Assembly (NCBI GenBank): GCA_002433065.1
Contig: DJHK01000015.1
Coordinates: 3,784 to 67,783, forward strand
DNA length: 64,000 bases
From: Chloroflexi bacterium UBA6622
GTDB lineage: Bacteria > Chloroflexota > UBA11872
Direction of reading: 5' to 3'
The stretch's first letter is position 1; the number at the start of each line of letters is the position of its first letter. Below, one piece after another: positions 26,773 to 35,051 of this stretch. A model generated the notes under the pieces. It was not told where the DNA came from. It saw only the letters and a list, made by a program, of their open reading frames with translations, and did not search any database. Position numbers and translations under genes: made by a program.

Positions 26773-27876
26773 CTACTCGGTCGAAGATGCCTTAGAGACA
26801 TCATGAGAGCCATTCTGAAGGACCGGTAACGAACTCTCCCCCGTAACCACCCCACGAGCACTAGAAAACAGACTCCATGCAGCGCCATCATCCTGCCAAA
26901 CAGCATCGCATCCGCGACACAACTTGTAGTCCTCTAAGTTCCCGGCCACATGAGCCTGTCGAATCGCCTGGTATTCCTTACTGTTCCATATGTCCAGAAT
27001 CGATTGGGTCGACAAATCCCCCATAATCTGATCCTCAGCGAAGTCAGCGCAGCATGACGGAACCTTGCCATTCCAATATATGGCCATCGACTTCCACAAC
27101 CAATTGCACGGAAAGAAATTAGGCCCATGCGGCCGCGCCGTGTAGAAATCCGACGTCTCCATCTGTCCAGCCCACCCATGAGCCCAAAACGTATCCCACT
27201 CGTCTACGGGTAACCCGGTAAACCGATCAAGAAAGTGTTGGGGAATAGTAGGTAGCGCCCCCTTGGCATAACCCGAATTCCAGAGTTGAATCACCTGCAT
27301 CACCATGTAGGGACGTTTACCAGATCTAGTTTTCATCGCCCGTAATAATTGCAATACCCGCTCTAGAGTGTGATCAAACTTGGCACCCTTGCGCATTTCC
27401 TCGTACTCGTCAGGCTCACCAGAATCAAAACTGACAGTGAGCTTGCTCGGTCGAGCATCCAATAAAAGATCGATTTTCTCATCACGTAGTAGCGTGGCGT
27501 TTGTGTTTATATGCGCGGCTATGCCAGCTTCCTCGCACACCCGGATCATCTCGTAGATGTCTTTGTGCATCATCGATTCACCGCGGAAGAACAAATTAGC
27601 CTCCGTTGTGAAATCCTTGGCCTCATTAATGATCTTTCGAAAAAGGTCCAGTTCCATAAAACCGTTGTGCTCATTCGCACCCACACTTTGGGGGCACATC
27701 GGACAACGAAGATTGCAAAAGCTCGTGGGTTCAATGTGGAGCTTGAGAGGCCCATAAGGAACTTCCGTGGACCCTTTCATCCAGTGATAAATAAATCGAC
27801 CAAGAGACGGACGCAGGATCGCACGGTGACGACGATACTTGAGGAGCAAGTCTTTAGCTTGGCCGACTCTATTCAC
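26773..27876 (-). CDS. Radical SAM enzyme with C-terminal SPASM/twitch-like Cys cluster
   Basis: LKLHIEPTSFCNLRCPMCPQ contains the C-x3-C-x2-C radical SAM motif. GESMMH resembles the GGE motif. The C-terminal auxiliary-cluster cysteines are FFPCNWLW..VPSCCADF..LCRGCD. Confidence 0.8.
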   Translation of the reverse strand: MNRVGQAKDLLLKYRRHRAILRPSLGRFIYHWMKGSTEVPYGPLKLHIEPTSFCNLRCPMCPQSVGANEHNGFMELDLFRKIINEAKDFTTEANLFFRGESMMHKDIYEMIRVCEEAGIAAHINTNATLLRDEKIDLLLDARPSKLTVSFDSGEPDEYEEMRKGAKFDHTLERVLQLLRAMKTRSGKRPYMVMQVIQLWNSGYAKGALPTIPQHFLDRFTGLPVDEWDTFWAHGWAGQMETSDFYTARPHGPNFFPCNWLWKSMAIYWNGKVPSCCADFAEDQIMGDLSTQSILDIWNSKEYQAIRQAHVAGNLEDYKLCRGCDAVWQDDGAAWSLFSSARGVVTGESSLPVLQNGSHDVSKASSTE

Positions 27877-28106
27877 GAAGCGGTATCAACCGTCTCGCCG
27901 TTCGGCGGAATTGCCTCATCCCACAGCATGTTAGGGATTCCATCCTCAACTTTGTAACCGTAGCCACAGACCGTGCATACCAGCATCTTTCCACTTACGC
28001 GCAGCACACCGTCATCACGACTATGCTCATCGTTCACACAACGAAGCATCGCTAAGAAATCATCAGGGATGATTGACGAAGCCTGGGAATTGTCAGGATT
28101 GGCCAT
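27873..28106 (-). CDS. Trm112/YcaR-like small protein (DUF343)
   Basis: 77 aa. LAMLRCVNDEH..LVCTVCGYGYKVEDGIPNMLWDEAI matches the Trm112 family C-terminal Y-x-[IV]-x-D-G-I-P-x-[ML]-L motif. The first C-x-x-C pair is degenerate. There is a 4-nt overlap with the radical SAM gene. Confidence 0.7.
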   Translation of the reverse strand: MANPDNSQASSIIPDDFLAMLRCVNDEHSRDDGVLRVSGKMLVCTVCGYGYKVEDGIPNMLWDEAIPPNGETVDTAS

Positions 28107-28141
28107 ATATCAATATTACGTCAAATTGCTTATCTTGGACG

Positions 28142-30388
28142 CTAGAGCATGAAGTGAAGCGTGTCAAAAACAATCAGCAGAGACGCAAAGCTCATAACGG
28201 CTCCAACTTGCATTACTCGCGCCGTCCGTGAACGTATAAACATTTTCTTGGTTAAGCCAATCCACGCACCGAGCGCAAGAAATTGTAGCCCTAAGAGGAT
28301 TATGGCTACCCAGATCAACACTACCGGATAAGCGAGAAAACTTTCGGTTAGTCCCATCGACCAAAAATCAAGTCCAAGACCATTTTCTGGACGACGAGGG
28401 ATCGCATCGACACCAAATCGAGACCACGGTGTACGGCTTAAAGCATCGGCCAAAAAATCGGTTCGGTCGGGTGCAAGAAGATTCACAGCGTCGGCTCGCA
28501 ACAACCACGCATGACCAAGTAGGGGTGAAAACTGGTAAGAGTAGAGAACAGCCGCATAATCGCCCTCAGGTTGGATGGACGACCACGGCTGGTAGTCCGC
28601 ACCACCATAAATCGCACCGTTCAGAGGCACTGCGCCAGCCACTTGCTGTTGGAATACGTCTAGATAGCCCGTGAAATCCTTTGACACCCCCATAAGTTGT
28701 GGGACGACACTAATTGCTACCGTCAGAGCGAGCACAACCTTTAACAACCGCCTACGCGAACAACTAAACATGTGCTCAATGAGTGGTGCACCCAAAACAA
28801 CAAGGAAAGGTAGCGTGGGGACTAGATACCGAGGCCCCCAAGCATTACCGCCGTACCACACTTGCTTCCGGCTATATAGCAGCACATACACAATCGGAAT
28901 AGCAATAAAAAAGGCTGATCGCCAGCCATGACGACGGATAAACCACGGTATAACTGGAACAGTTAAAAGAAGGATTGGGTTGTACCACAACACACCCTTC
29001 CCCCAACTCGTGAGTAATCCCCCCAAACCAAGACCGAAAGGTAGCTCTAGCCACCCGCGCTGTAGACCACCGAGCAACTCCCGCTCGTAGAGCAATCGGA
29101 AATCAAAAACCAACCCCGCAACAAGAAGTACCGCAGGAACAATCAACAGGAAGGGAGCCAGCAAAATCATTTGCAACTGCAGCGAAGACCTAAAGCCAGC
29201 AAACCACCCATGTTTCCTACCTTCTCGTAAGAGAATCGCCAACAAAAAGACGGGGATTGCAATAACAGAGACATATTTGGTTAGTACCGCTGCAAATATG
29301 GCTGAACCCGCCAAGAACACATACCGGCGGCGATTGGTGAAATCAAAAACAAGAATCAGCCACACAGTAGTCAGCAGTAATGTCGTGACTAGAGGCTCAG
29401 CAAAATCATATTTGGCGTAAGGCCATGCCATAGTGCCCAAACCATAAATAATGGCTATAACAATCGACACCTGTTCCGAATACCCCAAACGTCTAACTAT
29501 TCGAAAAACCAAAACCGCTGCGAAAGCCGTGATTAGCGCATTGGCTACAGGCACCCATAACCGACGAAAAAACTCCTGATTCTGTCGCTCGGACCAGACA
29601 CGACCGACCCCAGGCCCATCTATCCACCGACCTCCAACCATCCGAAGAGCTAAGCCATCGACGTAAAAGTTTCCGGTCGATCGTAAATATGCAACCTCAG
29701 CGCTCACGAGATCCAAAGGCGGATCGAACTCCCATGTCGCCGCGTAATAGTAGGCCCGGGAATTACCGATATGCCTAGCAACTGGTTTTGGTTGTTCATG
29801 CTGAATTACTGCACGAACATCGCCTCGATCGTATGCCCACTCTGCTGTCTCAACTCCGACACGAATAGGGTAAGTCGTAACTTCCCCCGAAGATTGAACT
29901 AGCGAGACCCGAGCGATTTCAGTTCCCTGAGCAAACTCTGCGCTGAGCCCACTATGTGAAACGAGGGTCATTCGATCGTAGGTACCCGACTTAATAGAAA
30001 GATCCAACCTTTCTTTAACGCCGTGACCATCCGTCCCACCAATTGGATGAAAATTGACAAGCAACACATCGTGTTCTGCAAGAGGAATACGATCCCGTTG
30101 CGGTGCCGAAAGAGCGATAGGCTCGGCCAGTGCCACGAAAGGCAGTAAGACTGTAGGAAGACCTACACCCCACCTGGCAAAGTTCTTGTTTTGATCCCTC
30201 AGGTACGCATGGCCAGGATCAACCATCGCACTCTTGGCCATCTCAAAGGCAAACGTCCCGTCAGCGCTATAGCCAGCCCCATTACGCCCCATGCCTAGCG
30301 TCATTGCATAAATTGAGAACATGAACAAAAAAATCAGTAGTGCAGGCCGACAGTTCACCCCACCAATAAGTGAACGCATCCTATTCAT
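28142..30388 (-). CDS. GT-C-fold-like polytopic membrane glycosyltransferase (GT39/ArnT/PMT_2-like) with a large soluble insert
   Basis: 748 aa. After TM1 comes an acidic first loop (YSADGTFAFEMAKS), then a soluble segment of about 180 aa (aa ~93-275), then more than 10 TM helices and a C-terminal region. The family assignment rests on architecture and composition, not on a diagnostic motif. Confidence 0.5.
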   Translation of the reverse strand: MNRMRSLIGGVNCRPALLIFLFMFSIYAMTLGMGRNGAGYSADGTFAFEMAKSAMVDPGHAYLRDQNKNFARWGVGLPTVLLPFVALAEPIALSAPQRDRIPLAEHDVLLVNFHPIGGTDGHGVKERLDLSIKSGTYDRMTLVSHSGLSAEFAQGTEIARVSLVQSSGEVTTYPIRVGVETAEWAYDRGDVRAVIQHEQPKPVARHIGNSRAYYYAATWEFDPPLDLVSAEVAYLRSTGNFYVDGLALRMVGGRWIDGPGVGRVWSERQNQEFFRRLWVPVANALITAFAAVLVFRIVRRLGYSEQVSIVIAIIYGLGTMAWPYAKYDFAEPLVTTLLLTTVWLILVFDFTNRRRYVFLAGSAIFAAVLTKYVSVIAIPVFLLAILLREGRKHGWFAGFRSSLQLQMILLAPFLLIVPAVLLVAGLVFDFRLLYERELLGGLQRGWLELPFGLGLGGLLTSWGKGVLWYNPILLLTVPVIPWFIRRHGWRSAFFIAIPIVYVLLYSRKQVWYGGNAWGPRYLVPTLPFLVVLGAPLIEHMFSCSRRRLLKVVLALTVAISVVPQLMGVSKDFTGYLDVFQQQVAGAVPLNGAIYGGADYQPWSSIQPEGDYAAVLYSYQFSPLLGHAWLLRADAVNLLAPDRTDFLADALSRTPWSRFGVDAIPRRPENGLGLDFWSMGLTESFLAYPVVLIWVAIILLGLQFLALGAWIGLTKKMFIRSRTARVMQVGAVMSFASLLIVFDTLHFML

Positions 30389-30409
30389 CGGATAGGAGAT
30401 TTGGCTCGA

Positions 30410-31990
30410 TCAGTTATCAAAGAGGCCCGCCACGAGCTCAAGAAGACGCATACGGAACGCTTCAGCACTAAACTTCCTACTCGATATTCGAGCCCGGGCA
30501 GCCATCGAACTGCACAGCTCCGGGTCACGAATTAATTGCCACGTACGCTCACGCAGATTCTCTGCTTTAGACCAAACAAAGCCATCGTGACTATCAGTCA
30601 CTAGTTCTGGTAGTCCCCCTTGGTCTAACACAACAGGTACTGTTGAACTCGCCATGGCCTCAACAACTGAAATCCCAAAATGCTCAAATCGGACTGGATT
30701 TCGATCCGCTCGCTCCCCATATCCCGCGGCATGCCAGTAAATACGAGCATCACCGTACATCTGGCGAAGCTTATCGAAGGGCACATCTACCGCAAATTCA
30801 ATGGGATACCCCTCAGCCCGCCGCCTCAACTCTTCTGTGTATGCGACGTCAATCGCTCGTCCACTTTGATGTCCGGCAAGACAAAATTTCCAACCATCTA
30901 GGCCTTCGCGACACATACGCTTGAACTGATCAATCATTAGTCCATGCTTTTTCTCATGCGTACCTCGAAAAAATCTTCCCACCGTCAGTATTGTGTGTGT
31001 CTTGGCGCGTGCCTGCGCCCAACTGATGTCGACCGGTGGATACAGGATCGGCCCGCTTATCCCCCAGTACACTTCCATCCAATGCCGACTGTATTTCGAA
31101 ATCGGACAAATAACGTCATATGTATCAAGATGATCAAGGGAATAAAACGTGGGCAGGCCTTCAAGCCGGAGTCCAAGCTCACGAAACGCCTTTCGAAACA
31201 TGATTTCGTATAGGTAGTGGCGCAAATGTCGAACCCTTACGTCGGTGACGGCTAGGCCTACCTCCCTGTTGTCAGCACCCTCAAACCGATCGATTGGATT
31301 AAACGTCGGCGATTCAAGAACTAACTCGACGGTGTTCCCATGCATACGACTCGGATCGATATCGATCTGCCAAGTTTCAAAAGATCCAGGATTGGGAGGA
31401 AAGCTACGTTCAGCAATAACCTCACCGTCAACGAGACATCGGACCGGAAGCTCCACATCCTCTCGAAAGTTTCCTCCAACGATCTCGATGGAGGCGCGTC
31501 GAGTCGACGACGGAACTCGAACCCTGATATTCGCTTGCCCGGTAGCGTAGCGAAACCAACCGGAACCAAGTTCCTGAACGTCGTAAAACCCATCCAACCA
31601 TTCGGGAAGCAGGAGTTCGCGCATAAGGAATCGACCGATAGTCTGTCGAATCATTGCTCCTCGACTTCGATCGATAGGGGAAGGAAATAGAACCAGCATC
31701 ATGCTGTGATCAGCTTCTGAAGGCTGGTTCGTCATAAAAGATGAGTTGATAAATAGATCAAACTCACGCGTAAACGCCGAGAACCGATTCGGTGGTAGAG
31801 CAGGAATGACTCGAACCGTCACGTTACTCAGATCAATGTTTAAGGCATCGGAAAGTTCTTCCCGGGAAACAGGTCGATGAGTCACCAGTTCAGTTTCGAA
31901 CCGCTCTGAGAGAACCTTTGCGGCCATAGCAGAATGTCTTTCCCCACCACCTTTTTGATGGAGCCAACGGTTGTACACCGCCGCTTTCAC
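30410..31990 (-). CDS. GT4-type glycosyltransferase carrying a ~120-aa inserted accessory module
   Basis: C-terminal FEHFGISVVEAMASSTVPVVLDQGGLPELVTDSHDGFVW (E-x7-E region). The N-terminal half is interrupted at aa ~131-253 by a module that ends ADNREVGLAVTDVRVRH. Confidence 0.72.
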   Translation of the reverse strand: MKAAVYNRWLHQKGGGERHSAMAAKVLSERFETELVTHRPVSREELSDALNIDLSNVTVRVIPALPPNRFSAFTREFDLFINSSFMTNQPSEADHSMMLVLFPSPIDRSRGAMIRQTIGRFLMRELLLPEWLDGFYDVQELGSGWFRYATGQANIRVRVPSSTRRASIEIVGGNFREDVELPVRCLVDGEVIAERSFPPNPGSFETWQIDIDPSRMHGNTVELVLESPTFNPIDRFEGADNREVGLAVTDVRVRHLRHYLYEIMFRKAFRELGLRLEGLPTFYSLDHLDTYDVICPISKYSRHWMEVYWGISGPILYPPVDISWAQARAKTHTILTVGRFFRGTHEKKHGLMIDQFKRMCREGLDGWKFCLAGHQSGRAIDVAYTEELRRRAEGYPIEFAVDVPFDKLRQMYGDARIYWHAAGYGERADRNPVRFEHFGISVVEAMASSTVPVVLDQGGLPELVTDSHDGFVWSKAENLRERTWQLIRDPELCSSMAARARISSRKFSAEAFRMRLLELVAGLFDN

Positions 31991-33348
31991 TGCGACTCCA
32001 AAAAAGGATTGAGCTCCCGCCCGTCTAACGGAGCATGACGACCTTCATTCACCCGCAGTTGAAACGTTTTGGGAGCAGCCGTTACAACTTGTAACAGGGC
32101 CCGTGCACGGGCCAGAGAAAGAGCTATAGACGCCCCGTCTAGCTGCAAAATGCCAACTTGTGCATCATTCCAAGCGTACTTTGTGGCTGCAGCCATATGA
32201 CGCAAAGTCCAAAGAAACGGTGCATTCTTAGTAAGCATGCGTAGTTTTCCGAACTCAACATTTCGGGTAAAACCTGGCGACCATTCTTTGCTAAACGCGG
32301 CATGTTCGTGACGCACAACCGAGGAGGGCTCGTAACAAAAGACCCATCCGCGTCTACGAGCCCTCCATGCAAGATCCGCGTCCTCGTAGTACATGAAAAT
32401 CCCATCGTCTAGATAATCCAGCCCGTCCAACATGTCCCGGCGATACAGAACCGCTGCACCTTTTGGGGCGAAAATTTCACACCGGTCGTGGAATGCCGGG
32501 CTATCCCAAGCCGACCACGGAACTCCTTCGAGAACACGAGTGCCTCGATCACGCATCGAACCATCAGGTAAAGGCACAATCCCGGCACTCTCGATCACCG
32601 GCCGCGCCATCGTCGAAACAACAGCGCTCTTGAAAGGAATCTCATTTGTTGTCCGCCCTGGATTCAACTCCACGTGTCCAACCTCACAATTTCCAACAAG
32701 AACTTTTACAGGCACCCCGTGACGACCATCACCGCCAGCCAATTCCAACTTCATAAGAGTGGAACCTTCAACCACCGGCAGTGAGAAATCGACACAACTC
32801 ATTGACCAACGAAATGCACGTCCACCGTCATCCCGCTCCACACCATAAGCACCATTCGTAACGTCGGCCTGACCGACATCTGATCGAAGACCATATATCC
32901 GAATTCCAAGTCTTCGAGCATCCGAACCAGAAGGAACAAACTCGGGAACCTCAAGACGGATCGGCAACCTGTCGTGAAGGTGAAGAATTTTTGGTGCAAC
33001 ACCTCCGACTGATGAATCTTCAGTTAACCGGTCGACAAGCGGCTTTAGCCAGTTAGGGTCAACAATGGTGTCCGGATTTAACAGGCCGACATACGGCTCA
33101 TTCGCCACCCGTAATGCCTGATTGTTGCCTCGAGAGAATCCGACATTTTCACCATTCTTAATGACATCAACTGACGGGAATTCCTGACGTACTCGGTCAA
33201 CAGAATCATCTGTCGAAGCGTTGTCTACGACTGATATCCGAAGATCTGGATACTTGGTTTCGGTAAGACTTTTCAAACAGCCTTCAATTCGACCCTCGCC
33301 GTTATAGTTCAGCACAACAACCCGAACAGGGGGAAGTTTTTTAGTCAT
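31987..33348 (-). CDS. GT2-family glycosyltransferase (rhamnosyltransferase-like) with an inserted accessory module
   Basis: VRVVVLNYNG, VVDNASTDDS, GFSRGNN, LNPDT and YYEDADLAWRARRRGW are GT2 (GT-A) landmarks. A non-GT2 insert lies at aa ~125-245. Confidence 0.82.
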   Translation of the reverse strand: MTKKLPPVRVVVLNYNGEGRIEGCLKSLTETKYPDLRISVVDNASTDDSVDRVRQEFPSVDVIKNGENVGFSRGNNQALRVANEPYVGLLNPDTIVDPNWLKPLVDRLTEDSSVGGVAPKILHLHDRLPIRLEVPEFVPSGSDARRLGIRIYGLRSDVGQADVTNGAYGVERDDGGRAFRWSMSCVDFSLPVVEGSTLMKLELAGGDGRHGVPVKVLVGNCEVGHVELNPGRTTNEIPFKSAVVSTMARPVIESAGIVPLPDGSMRDRGTRVLEGVPWSAWDSPAFHDRCEIFAPKGAAVLYRRDMLDGLDYLDDGIFMYYEDADLAWRARRRGWVFCYEPSSVVRHEHAAFSKEWSPGFTRNVEFGKLRMLTKNAPFLWTLRHMAAATKYAWNDAQVGILQLDGASIALSLARARALLQVVTAAPKTFQLRVNEGRHAPLDGRELNPFLESQ

Positions 33349-35051
33349 TCCACCCGAATAGAGCGCACAGCAAGCCCCAGCGGCCTAGTGTCAGTATCAA
33401 GACCGATGTCGGCTGGCACTAGCGGATCTTCGACTTCTATGACAAGTTCATGCGTCTCAGGACTTATCACAGGGTCTAGTGGAATAACGATGTCTTCAAA
33501 ATCCATCCCGTGTACAGGAACTGTGGCGATATGACGACCGTTTACAGTCACCGATGCCCGTGTGGTTCCTCGTCCATGCAACGGACGACACGCGGATAAA
33601 ACCAATGCCCCTTGGCCAACGTCCTGCCTGACGTAGGCAACAGCGCGTGGCGCAGTCCAACGAATGTGTGGAGGCCAGTCTTCAGCCGGAAACCAGCCTT
33701 CACCGAGCCATTCATCATCCCGAGAACCCATGATCAACTCTTCCGGTGGCAGAGTCCAAAAAGGGCCAGCAGCCTCGGTCATCATGTCGGGTTGTAATAT
33801 TGGCTCGCCGGCGACCTGAAGTTCGTCTTCGTGAGCAGCCGTCGACACGCGCCATCTGGCAGGAATAACAGTCACACCACGTAATCCAACAGCTGCTTTA
33901 CCCACGAAAAAAGTCATAGCATTGGGCCAAATGTGAAATGGGCGCATCCTGTCAGCCAATGGCCACACCCCAAGTGAAACCTTATAGCTTCCAGGGCCAA
34001 GCGGCAGAGGGCCAAGCTCACACTCGACTCGAGTTCTACCGGGTTGGAGTTCGGTCGGACCAATTGTTGTCGCTGTCGAAGTTTCGTGAATCAGCAGCCC
34101 ATCGCTTCGTCGAACAGCAAAGCCAACAACGACGTCCTCAAAATAACCGCTGGAATCCAACTCGAGCTCAAGCCTGAAAATATTTCCCGGTAGATAAGCG
34201 TAGCGTTCAGAACCCGTGTCCACATCACGAGCAAGCGCCGCTCGAATCTGGACTTCACCGGTACCGAGTTCGGTCAATTCATTGCTTGCAATCTGACTCT
34301 CGGCGTGGCCAGAACCGCGCATATGCGCGAGATAATCTTGAATGACCTCACGTGGATTCCCCTGAGCACGGACCTTGCCACTATCAACCCACACGACACG
34401 GTCACAAAATCGTCGAACTTGAATGGGATCGTGAGAAACAAACACGATTGTTTTTCCGCGCTGCTTGATCTCGGCGAGAGCGTCATAACACTTCGCGGTA
34501 AAGCTCGCATCGCCAACAGCAAGAACTTCGTCAATTAAGAGGATGTCTGGATCCAAACTGATAGCAATTGCGAATCCCAATCGCATGAACATTCCCGACG
34601 AATAGTGCCGAACAGGTGTGTCAATAAAGCGCTCAAGTTCAGCAAACTCAACGATCTGCTTATAGCGCCGTCGCATTTCTGCCCGCCCAATCCCAAGAAA
34701 CGAGCCATTAAGGAAAATATTCTCCCGCCCTGTCAGATCGGGATGCATCCCAGCACCTAGCTCAAGAAGGCCAAAAACCTTTCCGTCCAACCTAATTTCC
34801 CCTGAGGTCGGAGAAATAGTTCCGGCCAACAGCTTGAGGATTGTGGTCTTTCCTGACCCGTTCGGCCCAATGATCCCAACCGTTTCACCCTCTTTCACCG
34901 TTAAGTCCACGCCATCGAGGGCCCAGAACTCTTCGTGCTGAATCTGGCGCCGACCGAGTAGCGCTAACGCCATGCCCTGCCATGTACGAGTCGATTCATG
35001 CCGAATCGAAAATCTCTTACGCACTTCTTCTAGAACTATTACGTTCGACAC
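33345..35051 (-). CDS. wzt: ABC transporter ATP-binding protein, Wzt/TagH-type, with a Wzt_C-like domain and an extra C-terminal module
   Basis: Walker A GPNGSGKTT, signature YSSGMFMRLGF, Walker B LLIDEVLAVGD, H-loop VSHD. Residues ~262-385 fit the Wzt C-terminal beta-sandwich pattern (..LPLGPGSYKVSLGVW). Residues ~447-568 form an additional module. Confidence 0.85.
   Translation of the reverse strand: MSNVIVLEEVRKRFSIRHESTRTWQGMALALLGRRQIQHEEFWALDGVDLTVKEGETVGIIGPNGSGKTTILKLLAGTISPTSGEIRLDGKVFGLLELGAGMHPDLTGRENIFLNGSFLGIGRAEMRRRYKQIVEFAELERFIDTPVRHYSSGMFMRLGFAIAISLDPDILLIDEVLAVGDASFTAKCYDALAEIKQRGKTIVFVSHDPIQVRRFCDRVVWVDSGKVRAQGNPREVIQDYLAHMRGSGHAESQIASNELTELGTGEVQIRAALARDVDTGSERYAYLPGNIFRLELELDSSGYFEDVVVGFAVRRSDGLLIHETSTATTIGPTELQPGRTRVECELGPLPLGPGSYKVSLGVWPLADRMRPFHIWPNAMTFFVGKAAVGLRGVTVIPARWRVSTAAHEDELQVAGEPILQPDMMTEAAGPFWTLPPEELIMGSRDDEWLGEGWFPAEDWPPHIRWTAPRAVAYVRQDVGQGALVLSACRPLHGRGTTRASVTVNGRHIATVPVHGMDFEDIVIPLDPVISPETHELVIEVEDPLVPADIGLDTDTRPLGLAVRSIRVE

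Noticed and set aside
27873-28106. The idea that the 77-aa ORF upstream of the radical SAM/SPASM gene is a RiPP precursor peptide
   Set aside because: Its C-terminal half matches the Trm112/YcaR fold signature (C-x-x-C...Y-x-V-x-D-G-I-P-x-M-L). It does not look like a leader-core peptide. No protease or exporter typical of RiPP loci is adjacent.
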